A stretch of DNA of 64,000 bases from Terriglobia bacterium (GTDB lineage: Bacteria > Acidobacteriota > Terriglobia > 20CM-2-55-15). The stretch lies in contig CAXWPJ010000009.1 of the NCBI GenBank assembly GCA_963664115.2, positions 864,001-928,000 on the forward strand, read 5' to 3'. Below the pieces are notes generated by a model that did not search any database, was not told where the DNA came from, and saw nothing but the letters and a program-made list of their open reading frames with translations. A program made the translations under genes and the position numbers. Positions 1 through 10,567 of this stretch are shown here, piece after piece. Every line of letters begins with the position of its first letter. Positions within the stretch are counted from its first letter, which is position 1.

Positions 1-193
1 GCGGCAGGTCACACCGCATACCCTGCGCCATAGCTTCGCAACGCATCTGCTCGAAAACGGAGCCGACCTCAGGAGCATTCAGGAACTTCTCGGGCACTCG
101 AGCCTTGCGACAACGCAGAAGTACACTCACGTCAGCCTGGAGCACCTGCGGGACGAATACCGGAAAACCCACCCCAGAGCCAAAAAAAAGTAA
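1..193 (+). CDS. xerC: Tyrosine recombinase XerC/XerD, 3' part (runs off window start)
   Basis: Frame 2 reads [44 protein letters not shown]...HPRAKKK*, with [10 protein letters not shown], LGH and catalytic Y motifs; xerC versus xerD is not certain. Confidence 0.75.
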   Translation, partial: RQVTPHTLRHSFATHLLENGADLRSIQELLGHSSLATTQKYTHVSLEHLRDEYRKTHPRAKKK

Positions 194-259
194 ATTGGGG
201 TCAGAGCCCTATTTACCGAATTCTTTAGAAATTGCGAATATAGGGCTCTGACCCCAATT
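193..259. repeat. Perfect 20-bp inverted repeat (REP-like hairpin)
   Basis: aattggggtcagagccctat (193-212) / atagggctctgaccccaatt (240-259). Confidence 0.85.
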
Positions 260-260
260 G

Positions 261-290
261 TTGACACCCTGGTTCAAACACCAGTAAAAT
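261..290 (+). promoter_or_regulatory. Sigma70-type promoter of rplU-rpmA
   Basis: TTGACA (261-266), 18 nt spacer, TAAAAT (285-290). Confidence 0.65.
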
Positions 291-323
291 TGGGTTTTGG
301 CCATTCGGGAGGATTTACTTCAG

Positions 324-635
324 ATGTACGCAGTCATACGCTCTGGCGGTAAACAGCACCGCGTCGAACCCGGCAGCAAGTTGAGGGTTGAGAAACTTGA
401 GGGCAAGGTGGGTTCTAATATCGTTTTGAAAGAAGTGTTGATGGTCGAAAACGAGGGCACGGTGACCATTGGCGAACCCCTGATACCCAAAGCCAAGATC
501 AAGGCAACGGTGCTTGACCAGGATCGTGCAAAGAAGATTATCGTCTTCAAGAAAAAGGTCAAGAAACAGTACCGGCGAACCAATGGCCACCGGCAGTTGT
601 TTACGGAATTGAGGATAGACGAGATCAAGTTGTAG
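324..635 (+). CDS. rplU: 50S ribosomal protein L21
   Basis: [14 protein letters not shown]...[11 protein letters not shown]; ATG 324 follows GGAGGA. Confidence 0.97.
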   Translation: MYAVIRSGGKQHRVEPGSKLRVEKLEGKVGSNIVLKEVLMVENEGTVTIGEPLIPKAKIKATVLDQDRAKKIIVFKKKVKKQYRRTNGHRQLFTELRIDEIKL

Positions 636-646
636 GAGTCGAAGTT

Positions 647-901
647 ATGGCGCATAAAAAAGGCGTTGGCAGTTCACGAAACGGGCGAGACAGCAACTCC
701 CAGCGTTTGGGCGTAAAGCGCTTCGCTGGCGAATTTGTCACCGGCGGTTCGATCATCGTTCGACAACGCGGTACGCGCTTCAAGCCCGGCTTGAACGTCG
801 GCAAAGGCCGCGACGACACCTTGTTCGCCAAAATTACAGGCATTGTCCAGTTCAGAGACCGCGGACGCCTGGGCCGTTTCATCAGCGTCGAAGCGACTTA
901 G
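647..901 (+). CDS. rpmA: 50S ribosomal protein L27
   Basis: [24 protein letters not shown]. Confidence 0.98.
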   Translation: MAHKKGVGSSRNGRDSNSQRLGVKRFAGEFVTGGSIIVRQRGTRFKPGLNVGKGRDDTLFAKITGIVQFRDRGRLGRFISVEAT

Positions 902-947
902 AATTAGCGCTGACACCGGCCTGCCGGATGGCGGATTCGAAAATTTC

Positions 948-980
948 AGAGCCAGGGTTCCGAAAGGCCCTGGCTCTTTT
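948..980 (+). terminator. Rho-independent terminator
   Basis: Stem agagccaggg/ccctggctct followed by a T run. Confidence 0.7.
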
Positions 981-1081
981 GCTTGGGCCGCACAGAATCC
1001 CTGACTCGAAGGCTATGACTCAGAGGCTATGAGCTAAGAGTTCTGGACTTTTAACGCTTAACTCATAACTCTTAACGGACC

Positions 1082-2095
1082 ATGTTCATCGACGAAGCCA
1101 AGATCACACTCCAGGCCGGCAACGGCGGTAAGGGGTGCATCGCCTTCCGGAGAGAGAAGTTTGTTCCAAGGGGCGGTCCCAGCGGCGGCAATGGCGGTCG
1201 CGGTGGAGACATTTACCTGCTGTCGACCCCCCACGAAAACACCCTGCTCAAGTTCCGCTATAACCCGATCTTCCGGGCCGAACGCGGCCGGCATGGGGAA
1301 GGCAGCGACAGACACGGACGGAGTGCGGATGACATGGTCATTACGGTGCCGGTCGGAACACTGGTGTATGAAACAACCACGGGAGCCCTCTTGCATGATT
1401 TCGACCGTCCCGACGATCGCTGGTTGGCCGCTCCCGGTGGCAGGGGCGGGCACGGAAACGCGCACTATGCGACGCCTACCAACCGCGCTCCAAAGAAGGC
1501 GCAGGACGGACAACCGGGTGCAGAAAAGAAATTCAGATTCGAGCTCAAGCTATTGGCCGACGTGGGCCTTGTCGGATTTCCCAACGCGGGTAAGTCGACT
1601 TTGATCTCGACGATTTCGGCGGCACATCCCAAGGTCGCGAGCTATCCATTCACCACTCTTGAACCCAGCCTCGGTGTTGTTTCAGTGAGCGACATTGAGA
1701 CCTTCATCGTGGCGGACATCCCGGGATTGATCGCTGGCGCGCACGTTGGTCACGGCCTGGGACTTCAATTCCTCAGACACATAGAAAGAACACGGCTGCT
1801 TCTATACCTTATAGATGTGTCTGTCGGTAACGATGAGGACCCGGTCGAGCAGGTGAAGGTGTTGCGCGCGGAACTGGAACAGCATGACCGACAACTGGTT
1901 CAAAAACCGAGCATGATCGTCGCATCAAAGATCGATATCGTGGACGAGGAACGCATCACCGGGCTCGAGCAATGGTGTGGACAGGAAAATGTGGAGTCCG
2001 TTAGAATTTCCTCAGTCGCCGGCACGGGACTTGATGAATTGAAGCGCGCAGTTTTCTCTAAGCTCAGGTCTATGGAAGAACCCGTACAATTGTGA
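1082..2095 (+). CDS. obgE: GTPase ObgE/CgtA
   Basis: Gly-rich Obg fold; [15 protein letters not shown] and DIPG motifs; follows rpmA. Confidence 0.97.
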   Translation: MFIDEAKITLQAGNGGKGCIAFRREKFVPRGGPSGGNGGRGGDIYLLSTPHENTLLKFRYNPIFRAERGRHGEGSDRHGRSADDMVITVPVGTLVYETTTGALLHDFDRPDDRWLAAPGGRGGHGNAHYATPTNRAPKKAQDGQPGAEKKFRFELKLLADVGLVGFPNAGKSTLISTISAAHPKVASYPFTTLEPSLGVVSVSDIETFIVADIPGLIAGAHVGHGLGLQFLRHIERTRLLLYLIDVSVGNDEDPVEQVKVLRAELEQHDRQLVQKPSMIVASKIDIVDEERITGLEQWCGQENVESVRISSVAGTGLDELKRAVFSKLRSMEEPVQL

Positions 2096-2709
2096 GAATA
2101 GCCATTCTTGGCGGGACCTTCGATCCCATTCACAACGGCCATCTACAAGCTGCCCAGGCGGTCTCTGAGGTCTTCGAACTTGATGAACTTCACTTCACTC
2201 CAGCTTTTGTTCCACCACACAAATCCTCTTCGGGGATTACTTCAGCGTTCCATCGATTCGCGATGGTCGCACTCGCAATCGCACAATTTCCTGTATTCCG
2301 TCTATCCTCCATCGAAGCGGACACCTTGAAGTCGCGTTACTCTGTGGAAACACTGGAATCGATGCATCGCACATATCCCGGCTCTTCTTTTCTGTTCATA
2401 GCCGGAACCGACATGTTTCATGACATCACAGGGTGGAAAGACTATCGGCGTTTGTTGGAACTGACGAGTTTTGCCGTTGTAAACCGCGGAGGCTTTGCGA
2501 TGCGTGAAGACATTGCGCCTGTTGAGGTCGTGTCTGAATCTGCGTCAATTTCCATAGTGGACCAACGACAGGTTTACTATCTGCCGTTCATAAATGAAGA
2601 AGTTTCGGCCACGGAGATTCGGGAAGAGGCAAAGAACAAAGAAGGCCTTGAAGCCTGGGTTCCGCCGCAGGTTGCGGCCTATATCTATAAACACGAACTG
2701 TATCAGTAA
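2092..2709 (+). CDS. nadD: Nicotinate-nucleotide adenylyltransferase
   Basis: [18 protein letters not shown]; obgE-nadD-rsfS-rlmH synteny. Confidence 0.95.
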   Translation: MRIAILGGTFDPIHNGHLQAAQAVSEVFELDELHFTPAFVPPHKSSSGITSAFHRFAMVALAIAQFPVFRLSSIEADTLKSRYSVETLESMHRTYPGSSFLFIAGTDMFHDITGWKDYRRLLELTSFAVVNRGGFAMREDIAPVEVVSESASISIVDQRQVYYLPFINEEVSATEIREEAKNKEGLEAWVPPQVAAYIYKHELYQ

Positions 2710-2720
2710 AGGAGTTTCCC

Positions 2721-3110
2721 ACGGCTCAATCTATACGCACAGACAAGCAAACATTAGATGCGAACGTCGAAGTGGCACTCGAAGCGGCCCTGGATAAGAA
2801 GGCCCGGAACCTCGTCGTCATCGACCTGGAAGGTATCTGCTCGTTTACGGACTATTTCATCATCTGCTCGGGAATGTCGACCCGGCAAACTCAATCGATC
2901 GCCGATGGCATCGAAGAGAAACTCAGAGACGCAGGCCTCCGGCCGTCACACATCGAAGGCCAGCGGGAAGGCGAATGGATCCTGGTCGACTATCTGGATT
3001 TCGTGGTGCACATCTTTACCGAAACCTCGCGTGAATTCTACGACCTTGAACGGCTATGGTGTGGAGGAAAACGGCGTGAAGTGAGGGACGAGGTCCAACA
3101 GCGCACATGA
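2721..3110 (+). CDS. rsfS: Ribosome silencing factor RsfS (start uncertain: ACG 2721 or GTG 2772)
   Basis: DKKA...DYFIICSG...WILVDYLDFVVHIF..REFYDLERLW. Confidence 0.92.
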   Translation, partial: TAQSIRTDKQTLDANVEVALEAALDKKARNLVVIDLEGICSFTDYFIICSGMSTRQTQSIADGIEEKLRDAGLRPSHIEGQREGEWILVDYLDFVVHIFTETSREFYDLERLWCGGKRREVRDEVQQRT

Positions 3111-3155
3111 GGGTGTGACCGACCGGGGTGTTCCAAGGCAATGGTGCTTAATGTT

Positions 3156-3232
3156 TTTTAACACGAAGGCACGAAGGTAACGAAGGTAAGTCTTATCTTA
3201 GAAATCCAATCTTCGTGACCTTCGTGTTAAAA
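3156..3232. repeat. Intergenic palindrome, cacgaag/cttcgtg type, copy 1
   Basis: aacacgaaggcacgaagg ... cttcgtgaccttcgtgtt; related copy at 4609-4674. Confidence 0.75.
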
Positions 3233-3273
3233 CTCCCCTCCTTCTCTTCATTCGTCACCGATCACTGCGGAAA

Positions 3274-3735
3274 ATGAAGCTTCGAATCCTATGGCTGGGC
3301 AAAACCAAGAACCCCAACCTCGCCGCCCTATGCGAGGAACTCGTCACACGTTCGAATCACTTCGTCGGCACTGAAATCACAGAGCTCAAAGAGCCCCGGG
3401 TCAAAGAAGAAAAGAAGCGGGTTGCGCTGGAGGGGGAACGATTGCTGTCGGTGATCGATCGCTCAGACTTCGTCGTGGCGCTGGACCCGCTCGGACGTTC
3501 TTACACATCCGATGCATTCTCCGGCTTTCTTGAAAAGCACATGACGGAGAACCCGCGCGACCTCGTCTTCGTCGTCGGGGGTCACGCCGGTCTTTCCGAT
3601 GCTGTCAAAAATAGAGCCAACCTGCTCTGGTCCCTGTCCCCACTGACCTACAGCCACGACCTGGCCCGCACCGTCCTGCTCGAACAGATCTACCGCGCCC
3701 TCACGATCATCCGCAACCTCCCTTACGCGCGGTAA
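3274..3735 (+). CDS. rlmH: 23S rRNA (pseudouridine1915-N3)-methyltransferase
   Basis: FVVGGHAG...SLSPLTYSHDLARTVLLEQIYRA...PY. Confidence 0.93.
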   Translation: MKLRILWLGKTKNPNLAALCEELVTRSNHFVGTEITELKEPRVKEEKKRVALEGERLLSVIDRSDFVVALDPLGRSYTSDAFSGFLEKHMTENPRDLVFVVGGHAGLSDAVKNRANLLWSLSPLTYSHDLARTVLLEQIYRALTIIRNLPYAR

Positions 3736-3748
3736 GAGAAGAAATTTC

Positions 3749-3814
3749 ACCGCAAAGGCGCAAAGACGCAAAGAAGATATATCTTCAGAAATCAGACCTT
3801 TGCGTCTTTGCGGT
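3749..3814. repeat. Intergenic palindrome, cgcaaag/ctttgcg type
   Basis: accgcaaaggcgcaaagacgcaaag ... ctttgcgtctttgcggt. Confidence 0.75.
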
Positions 3815-4612
3815 CCAACTTCCGATCGGTTTCACCGTGGTATATTCACTGAGCCCTCCCTTTCCCGGTTACACCCTTTGCTCAATGCGGTTCTGAACCT
3901 TGTCTTTCCTATGGATTGCGTGGTGTGTGGGGAAGCGGCGAGGGATTGGCGCCGGTGGCCGCTGTGTGCCCGGTGTGAGGGAGGGTTCACAGCGCTCGAA
4001 GCGCCTTTCTGTCTTCGCTGCGGTCTGGGCGTAGCGGTGCCCGAAACACTGTGCGGCGCATGTCTTACCGAGCGAACGCAATTTGATCTCGGACGTTCGG
4101 CCCTCGTCTTCGACCCCCGGCTCCGCCAGGTTATTCATCACTTCAAGTACAATGACCGCGTCTCTCTGGCGCGGCCCCTGGGACGAGCGCTGCTGGCGTG
4201 TCTCCGGCGCGAACACTTCACTGCCGAGTGCGTTGTGGCTGTCCCGCTGCATCGGTCCCGGGAGATGGGACGCGGTTACAACCAGGCGGCTCTTCTGGCA
4301 GCGCGGCTCTGCCTTCGCTCCGAGCCCGATATGATTCGACGCCGGAAGAACACGGAGAGCCAGACCGGCTTGTCACGTGCACAACGGCTGGGAAATGTCC
4401 GGGGCGCGTTTGAGTGTCGACGACGGGTGAAGGGTACAGTCCTCGTCGTGGACGACGTGGCCACGACAGGTGCAACGCTCAACGAGGTCACCCGCGTACT
4501 CAAGAGAGCTGGCGCTTCGAGGGTGGAAGTCATAACGGTCGCGCGGGCGGGGCAGCAACAGTGGTCAGTGACAAGTGATGAAAGTGAAGAAAGAGAAGAA
4601 GGGGATTTTTAA
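3800..4612 (+). CDS. comF: ComF family protein (zinc ribbon + phosphoribosyltransferase); true start probably downstream of 3800
   Basis: Four CxxC pairs, VPLH, RGYNQA, VVDDVATTGAT. Confidence 0.88.
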   Translation: MRLCGPTSDRFHRGIFTEPSLSRLHPLLNAVLNLVFPMDCVVCGEAARDWRRWPLCARCEGGFTALEAPFCLRCGLGVAVPETLCGACLTERTQFDLGRSALVFDPRLRQVIHHFKYNDRVSLARPLGRALLACLRREHFTAECVVAVPLHRSREMGRGYNQAALLAARLCLRSEPDMIRRRKNTESQTGLSRAQRLGNVRGAFECRRRVKGTVLVVDDVATTGATLNEVTRVLKRAGASRVEVITVARAGQQQWSVTSDESEEREEGDF

Positions 4613-4674
4613 CACGAAGAACGCGACGGTAAATCTTATCTAACAAATCCAGACTTCGTGACCTTCGTGTTGAA
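4609..4674. repeat. Intergenic palindrome, cacgaag/cttcgtg type, copy 2
   Basis: aacacgaagaacgcgacgg..tcttatct..aaatcc..cttcgtgaccttcgtgtt; loop sequence shared with 3156-3232. Confidence 0.75.
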
Positions 4675-4695
4675 CTCTTAGTCTTAAACTTGGTC

Positions 4696-5565
4696 TTACT
4701 TCCCGGTCGCCACCATGCTTCCCGCTTCCCGCGTCCAGTGGTCCGTGCTTTCAAGCAGGCCGGCGACGAACCGGGTGTGCAGGGCGTGGCCGGCGCGGTT
4801 TGCAACCAGGCGGCCCAGAACGGGCTGACCGATCAGCGCGAAGTCGCCGAGAAGATCGAGAATTTTGTGGCGGACAAATTCGTCGGTGAAGCGAAGTGGT
4901 TCTTCGTTGAGCATGCCCGTATCGGTCAAAACGATCGCGTTTTCCAACGATCCGCCGCGGATGAGACCGCTGTTCTGGAGTGCAGCAATGTCACTCTGGA
5001 AACCGAACGTTCGCGCCGCGGCGATGGACGCCGCATATCCGTCTTCGTTACATTCGAGTGAAAGGCTTTGAGGACCGATGAAAGGATGCTCGAAATCGAT
5101 GTCGCACTCGATCGAGAAATTGTCTGCCGGATATATCGCGAGAGACTTCCCGTTTTCCTCGACAGAAAATTCACGGGTGATGCGTATGTACTCGCGAGGC
5201 CTGTCCTGCTCCAGGAACCCGACTCGGGCAATTTCGTCGGTAAACGGCCGGGCACTGCCGTCCAGAATTGGAACTTCAAGGTTGTCCATATCGACATAGG
5301 CGTTGTCGACACCGATGCCATACAACGCGGACAAGATATGTTCGACGGTAGAAATCCAGACACCTTTTTCCATCAGGGTCGTCGCGTAAGCGACGCGCGC
5401 TACCGAAGACACGTCAGCCGGAATTTCGAAATTGTCGAGGTCGACACGGCGAAAGATGATGCCGGTACCCGCCGGTGCGGGCAGTACGGTCATGTCAACC
5501 GACTCGCCGGTGTGAAGGCCAACGCCGGAAAAAGATATCGAGCCGGCAAGCGTGCGTTCGTTCAT
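4696..5565 (-). CDS. lpxC: UDP-3-O-acyl-N-acetylglucosamine deacetylase
   Basis: GVGLHTG, STVEHILSAL, EVPILDGSA, ARTFGF, RHKILDLLGD. Confidence 0.96.
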   Translation of the reverse strand: MNERTLAGSISFSGVGLHTGESVDMTVLPAPAGTGIIFRRVDLDNFEIPADVSSVARVAYATTLMEKGVWISTVEHILSALYGIGVDNAYVDMDNLEVPILDGSARPFTDEIARVGFLEQDRPREYIRITREFSVEENGKSLAIYPADNFSIECDIDFEHPFIGPQSLSLECNEDGYAASIAAARTFGFQSDIAALQNSGLIRGGSLENAIVLTDTGMLNEEPLRFTDEFVRHKILDLLGDFALIGQPVLGRLVANRAGHALHTRFVAGLLESTDHWTREAGSMVATGK

Positions 5566-5678
5566 ACGTCGCTCGATATGCAATCGATGGGCCGAACAAT
5601 CTCTTTGCGAAGATTCAAGGACTTAAGACCGAACGCCGCGCGACGACTGTGGACTCCAGTCCACACTTGTGTGCAGAT

Positions 5679-8186
5679 ATGATCAAAAGGCCGCTCATCC
5701 TCATCGTCGATGCGATGTCCCAGGTGTACCGCGCCTACTATGCGATCCGCGGACTCACAAACGCGGAGGGGGTACCCACCAACGCCACCTACGGTTTCGC
5801 CCTCATGCTGAACCGTGTGCTCGGGAAGTTTCCGCCCGACTACATCGCCATGGTGTTCGATTCGAGCGAACCCACACCCAGACACATCCGCTATCCCGAA
5901 TACAAGGCCACACGTGAGCGGATGCCGGACGACCTTGGGGAGCAAATTCCCTACATCAAGGGGCTGTGTACGGCGATGAATGTCCCCATGCTGGAGGTTG
6001 CCGGTCAGGAAGCCGACGATGTCATCGGCACGCTCGCCCGGCGCGCGGCCGGGGAAAACATACACCCTGTCATCGTCACGATCGACAAGGACATGATGCA
6101 GTTGGTGACCGAGGACACCGTCGTGTTGAACACGTCGCGCGACGATCTTGTGATCGGCCCCGAACAGGTCAAAGAATTATTCGGCGTCACTCCGGCGCAG
6201 ATTCCTGACCTCCTCGGCTTGTGGGGCGATGCCTCCGACAACATCCCCGGAGCCCCCGGCATCGGTGAAAAAGGCGCCAAGGCTCTGATCGCCCGCTTCG
6301 GTTCAATAGAAGCCTGCCTCGAACATGCGGCAGAAGTCACGGCCAAAAGGCGGCGGGAATCCCTGCTCAACAACCGCGATCAGATCCTCCTGAGCAAGGA
6401 ACTGGTCGTCATCGATACAGCAGTGGAATTTGACGTGGACTGGGAACAGCTCAAGACCCGGCCTCCCGATCAGGACGCGCTGGTCACTCTGCTTCGAGAG
6501 CTGGATTTTACAAGCCTTCTGAAAGCACAGCTCGAGGCGGCCGATACAGTGGAGCCCGAATCGGCGGCTATCGAAGTCGTTCAGACTGATGACACGGAGC
6601 GCATTGGAGACTCCTTCGCCTTCGCGCTCAGTGAAGACCGGCTTCTGGCATGGACCGGCGACGGGCCCATTTATGAATTCGATTCAGATAAGACACGCGC
6701 GTTGCTTGGCGATCCGGATAAACAGAAGGTGGCACACAACCTGAAAGCGGCCATGCTCGAACTCAATCGCCGCGGCATCAGTCTGGTTCCACCCTATGAC
6801 GATTCGATGTTGATGGCCTTCCTGTTGATGCCGAACCGCGGTAAGTACACGATCGCCGAACTGGTCAACGAGCTTTTCGGCCAGAGCGCGGCCGAAAGCG
6901 ATGTGAATTGGGTTCATCGTCTCCATGACGATCTACGCCCGAAGATCCGGCAGGATCTTGAGGACCTCTACACGCGCATCGAGCTCCCCCTGGTACCGGT
7001 TCTCGCCGCGATGGAAGAGACCGGCATCCTTTTAGATGTCCCGGTTCTCGAATCGATGTCGGAAATCATAGCCGTAGAAATCGAAGGACTCACCGCAGCC
7101 ATATACGAGCTGGCCGGTGAAGAGTTCAACATCAACTCGCCGAAACAACTGGGGACCATCCTGTTTGAAAAGCTGAACCTCCCGCCTTCCAGAAAATTGA
7201 GAAAATCAGGCCAGTACTCCACCGCCGTCGAAGTCCTTGAAGCACTGGCCGAAAACTACGAACTGCCCCGGCTGATTCTCGAATACCGGCAACGGGCGAA
7301 GTTCAAGTCGACCTACGTGGACGTCTTGCCCAAACTTATCGACAGCGATCAAGGCCGACTGCACACGTCGTTCAACCAGACAGGCGCAGCCACGGGGCGT
7401 CTGTCGTCGAGCGACCCCAATCTTCAGAATATTCCGGTGCGAACCCAGATGGGCCGGGACATTCGGGCGGCGTTCATACCCAGAAGCGGAACCACGATGT
7501 TCTCGGCCGACTACTCCCAGGTCGAGTTGCGCGTCCTGGCACACTTGTCCGGTGACACCAATCTGATCGAAGCGTTTCTAGCCGGTGCCGACATCCATCG
7601 CAGCACCGCAGCGGAGGTTCTGGGAATCGCCGCCGACCGAGTCACCTCGGATCAGCGAAGCCGCGCCAAGGCCATCAACTTCGGCATCGTCTACGGCCAG
7701 ACACCCTACGGCCTGGCCAAACAACTGGGCATCAGCCGGGACGAAGCCGAGGCGTTCATCGACCGCTACTTCAATCGCTACCCCCACGTGCGGGCCTACA
7801 TCGAAGACGCCCTGTCCGACGCCCGCGAAACCGGCCAGACCCACACCCTGTTCGGCCGCATCCGGCAGATTCCCGAAATCAATTCAAAGAACGGCATGCG
7901 CCGCAGCATGGCCGAACGCATGGCGATCAACGCGCCGATCCAGGGCACAGCGGCCGACATCATCAAGCTGGCCATGATACGCATCCACGACGAGATCCGG
8001 CGACGCAAACTGGAAACTCAGATGGTCCTCCAGGTTCACGACGAACTGATCTTTGAAGTGCCCGAAAATGAAATGGAAGTGGTCGCCCAGGTCCGCGATT
8101 GGATGTCCGGCGTCGCCGATCTGAAAGTGCCTCTGGTCGTGGATACGAAGGTGGGACCGAACTGGCGTGATATGAATACCGTCTAG
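5679..8186 (+). CDS. polA: DNA polymerase I
   Basis: 5'-3' exonuclease N-terminus (EADDVIGT, GDASDNIPG); polymerase motifs ADYSQVELR, KAINFGIVYG, LQVHDEL. Confidence 0.97.
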   Translation: MIKRPLILIVDAMSQVYRAYYAIRGLTNAEGVPTNATYGFALMLNRVLGKFPPDYIAMVFDSSEPTPRHIRYPEYKATRERMPDDLGEQIPYIKGLCTAMNVPMLEVAGQEADDVIGTLARRAAGENIHPVIVTIDKDMMQLVTEDTVVLNTSRDDLVIGPEQVKELFGVTPAQIPDLLGLWGDASDNIPGAPGIGEKGAKALIARFGSIEACLEHAAEVTAKRRRESLLNNRDQILLSKELVVIDTAVEFDVDWEQLKTRPPDQDALVTLLRELDFTSLLKAQLEAADTVEPESAAIEVVQTDDTERIGDSFAFALSEDRLLAWTGDGPIYEFDSDKTRALLGDPDKQKVAHNLKAAMLELNRRGISLVPPYDDSMLMAFLLMPNRGKYTIAELVNELFGQSAAESDVNWVHRLHDDLRPKIRQDLEDLYTRIELPLVPVLAAMEETGILLDVPVLESMSEIIAVEIEGLTAAIYELAGEEFNINSPKQLGTILFEKLNLPPSRKLRKSGQYSTAVEVLEALAENYELPRLILEYRQRAKFKSTYVDVLPKLIDSDQGRLHTSFNQTGAATGRLSSSDPNLQNIPVRTQMGRDIRAAFIPRSGTTMFSADYSQVELRVLAHLSGDTNLIEAFLAGADIHRSTAAEVLGIAADRVTSDQRSRAKAINFGIVYGQTPYGLAKQLGISRDEAEAFIDRYFNRYPHVRAYIEDALSDARETGQTHTLFGRIRQIPEINSKNGMRRSMAERMAINAPIQGTAADIIKLAMIRIHDEIRRRKLETQMVLQVHDELIFEVPENEMEVVAQVRDWMSGVADLKVPLVVDTKVGPNWRDMNTV

Positions 8187-8252
8187 GGCTTCGAACGAAT
8201 CTCGCCTTCGCAAGCAATATAAATCCTAACCGCCCTCGGCTACGGCCGCGCG

Positions 8253-8534
8253 TCAGACCGCAATATCAAGCAGCGCCTTGGGATTCTTATGAGCGATTTT
8301 CAGCAACGTACGGGCTGGGCCAGACGGACTCCGGCGGCCTTGTTCCCATTCCTGCAATGTGCGAACAGACACACCCAACAGCTTTGCAAATTCAGATTGC
8401 GAGAGGCCGACGCGCTCGCGGACTTCAGAAATCGGTGGAAAGGACGTGACGCGACCCACATCCCCACGCTTGAGCTGTCGCACTCCCTCCAGAATTTCCC
8501 GACCGATATCCCGATCTTTTCTATTTTCCGACAT
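8253..8534 (-). CDS. HigA-like XRE HTH antitoxin
   Basis: LSQSEFAKLLGVSVRTLQEWEQGRRSPSGPA; overlaps the toxin gene end. Confidence 0.88.
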   Translation of the reverse strand: MSENRKDRDIGREILEGVRQLKRGDVGRVTSFPPISEVRERVGLSQSEFAKLLGVSVRTLQEWEQGRRSPSGPARTLLKIAHKNPKALLDIAV

Positions 8535-8841
8535 CTTCCATTTCCTTCAATATCTGCCTCAGTATGTGGGCGGGTATGGTTTCGGCAACGCTCTTCGGAT
8601 ATACAGTTAGCATCCAGATAATCTCTTGCCGAGTCTTCAGCTAATAAATAATTCTTAAGCCACCCCGTTTCCCCTTTCCCGAAACAGCCCACCTCAGTTT
8701 CCGGATACCACCCGAACCTTTGATAATTCGACCCGCCTCGGGATTCTCCGCCAGCGCCGATTGGAGTTCCATGTACTCCCCATCGGAAAGGTACTCCTGG
8801 ATCAGGCGTGTAAACAGTGGTGTTTCCACGAAAGTAAACAC
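8521..8841 (-). pseudogene. HigB/RelE-family toxin with in-frame TAG
   Basis: MFTFVETPLF...GSGGIRKLRW..GKGKRGGLRIIY*LKTRQEIIWMLTVYPK...; TAG at 8641-8643 and the frame continues to a stop at 8521. Confidence 0.85.
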
Positions 8842-9084
8842 GGCCCGATTATACGGCAGAGACGTACATGCTGTCCATAAACGCTGATTGTGGCAGCTGA
8901 CAATCGATCCATTACGCCTGACAGGCGCGAAAAACATCAGTGGGCACGTCAACTCCTTGCAAGTAAGGACGTTTATGGCAGGCGACCGGTGCCCCCGCAC
9001 CCCCGTTTCAAGTTGACATCACACCAGCCACCTCATACGCTGAGCCTTCATCCGGCCATCGGTTAATTTAAGGAGAAGTCTGTC

Positions 9085-10365
9085 ATGCCCCGAATCCCCT
9101 TCTTGAGCACAAGCCTGTTTGCCGCGTTCCTGCTGCTGGTCTTGCCCCCGGCAAGCCTGTCAGCCCAATCGCTTCCCACAGCCCTACCCGAAGACGTCGG
9201 AATGTCTTCGGAGCGGCTCGAACGGCTGGGGGAAAACCTGCAGGCTTACGTCGACCGGGGAGAGATGGCCGGAAGCGTGGCAATCATCGTGCGGCACGGC
9301 AAGGTGGCCTACCTCGAAGCTTTCGGGCAGCAGGACATCGAAGCCGGACGGGAGATGGCCACCGACAGCATCTTCCGCATCGCATCTCAAACCAAGGCCA
9401 TCGTCACGACGGCCATCATGATGCTTCAGGAAGAAGGCAAGCTCCTGATCAGCGACAGGCTCGCCAACTTCATCCCGGAGTTTGCCCAGACCCGGGTCGC
9501 CGTGGCGCGGGAAGACGGCGGTTACGACATCGAGACCGGCCGGGCTATCACCTTGAGACATCTGATCACGCACACCTCAGGCATCAGCTACGGAACCGGG
9601 CCGGCAAGCGCGGAGTGGGACAAGGCGGGTTTCGAGCAGTGGTACTTTGCCGACAAAGACGAACCTATAGCCGAAACCGTCGCACGCATGGCAAGCCTGC
9701 CTTTTGACGCCCAACCCGGCGAGCGATGGATCTATGGCTACAACATCGACATCCTGGGCGCCGTCGTGGAGAAGGCCTCAGGCATGGCCTTGGACACCTA
9801 TCTGCAAACGCACATCTTCGACCCGCTGGGCATGAACAACACCCACTTCTATCTTCCCAATGACAAGCGGGACCAGTTCGCCGCGGTCTATGGCCGCACG
9901 CCGGGCGGCAAGCTGACGCGCGCGGAGGACTCGGGTGCGTGGACCGGACAGGGGGCCTACGTCGACGGCCCCCGAACGAGCTTCTCCGGCGGCGCCGGCC
10001 TGCTCTCAACCGCAAGCGACTACGCGCGATTTCTTCAGATGCTGCTCAACGGCGGCGCACTCGACGGCCGACGCCTCCTGAGTCCCACAACAGTGAATCT
10101 GATGGGGCAAAACCACATGGGTGACATACCGTTTCGCCCCGGACAAGGCTTCGGACTCGGATTCTCCGTGGTGACCGACGCCGGGGAACGCGGCGTGCCG
10201 GGTTCAGTCGGCGAGTTCGGGTGGGGCGGCGCATACCACTCCACGTACTGGGTGGATCCAGTGAACGACCTCCTCGTGGTCTATCTGACACAACTCCGGC
10301 CCTCGGGTGGAATCGACGACCGCGAGAAGATCCGAACGCTCGTTTACCAAGCCGTCATTGAATAA
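9085..10365 (+). CDS. Secreted serine hydrolase, class C beta-lactamase-like
   Basis: Signal peptide; SxxK (ASQTK), HLITHTSG, WIYG, FGWGG. Confidence 0.88.
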   Translation: MPRIPFLSTSLFAAFLLLVLPPASLSAQSLPTALPEDVGMSSERLERLGENLQAYVDRGEMAGSVAIIVRHGKVAYLEAFGQQDIEAGREMATDSIFRIASQTKAIVTTAIMMLQEEGKLLISDRLANFIPEFAQTRVAVAREDGGYDIETGRAITLRHLITHTSGISYGTGPASAEWDKAGFEQWYFADKDEPIAETVARMASLPFDAQPGERWIYGYNIDILGAVVEKASGMALDTYLQTHIFDPLGMNNTHFYLPNDKRDQFAAVYGRTPGGKLTRAEDSGAWTGQGAYVDGPRTSFSGGAGLLSTASDYARFLQMLLNGGALDGRRLLSPTTVNLMGQNHMGDIPFRPGQGFGLGFSVVTDAGERGVPGSVGEFGWGGAYHSTYWVDPVNDLLVVYLTQLRPSGGIDDREKIRTLVYQAVIE

Positions 10366-10376
10366 AGACATGCTAT

Positions 10377-10406
10377 TTGACTGCGTTAATCCGCAAGCCG
10401 TAGAAT
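10377..10406 (+). promoter_or_regulatory. Putative tRNA promoter
   Basis: TTGACT, 18 nt spacer, TAGAAT. Confidence 0.55.
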
Positions 10407-10423
10407 CCTAGAACACCCTTAAA

Positions 10424-10496
10424 GGGCGCGTAGCTCAGTTGGAAGAGCACTACCTCGACACGGTAGGGGTCATCGGTTCGAGCCCGGTCGCGCCCA
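10424..10496 (+). tRNA. tRNA-Val(GAC), CCA not encoded
   Basis: Acceptor gggcgcg/cgcgccc, D arm gctc/gagc, anticodon stem ctacc/ggtag with GAC at 10457-10459, T loop ggttcga. Confidence 0.95.
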
Positions 10497-10567
10497 TTCT
10501 CACTCACAGATCAAAAATAACTTAGGGATGCGCTTGACTGATCTGTGAAGCCGGTCAAAGCTGACGT

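Noticed and set aside
1-193. xerC as an integron integrase for the cassette arrays
   Set aside because: Only a typical Xer C-terminus is visible, it sits in core context 10-43 kb from the arrays, and no attI or attC was recognised.
9085-10365. True beta-lactam resistance gene
   Set aside because: Generic SxxK serine hydrolase; activity cannot be assigned from sequence.
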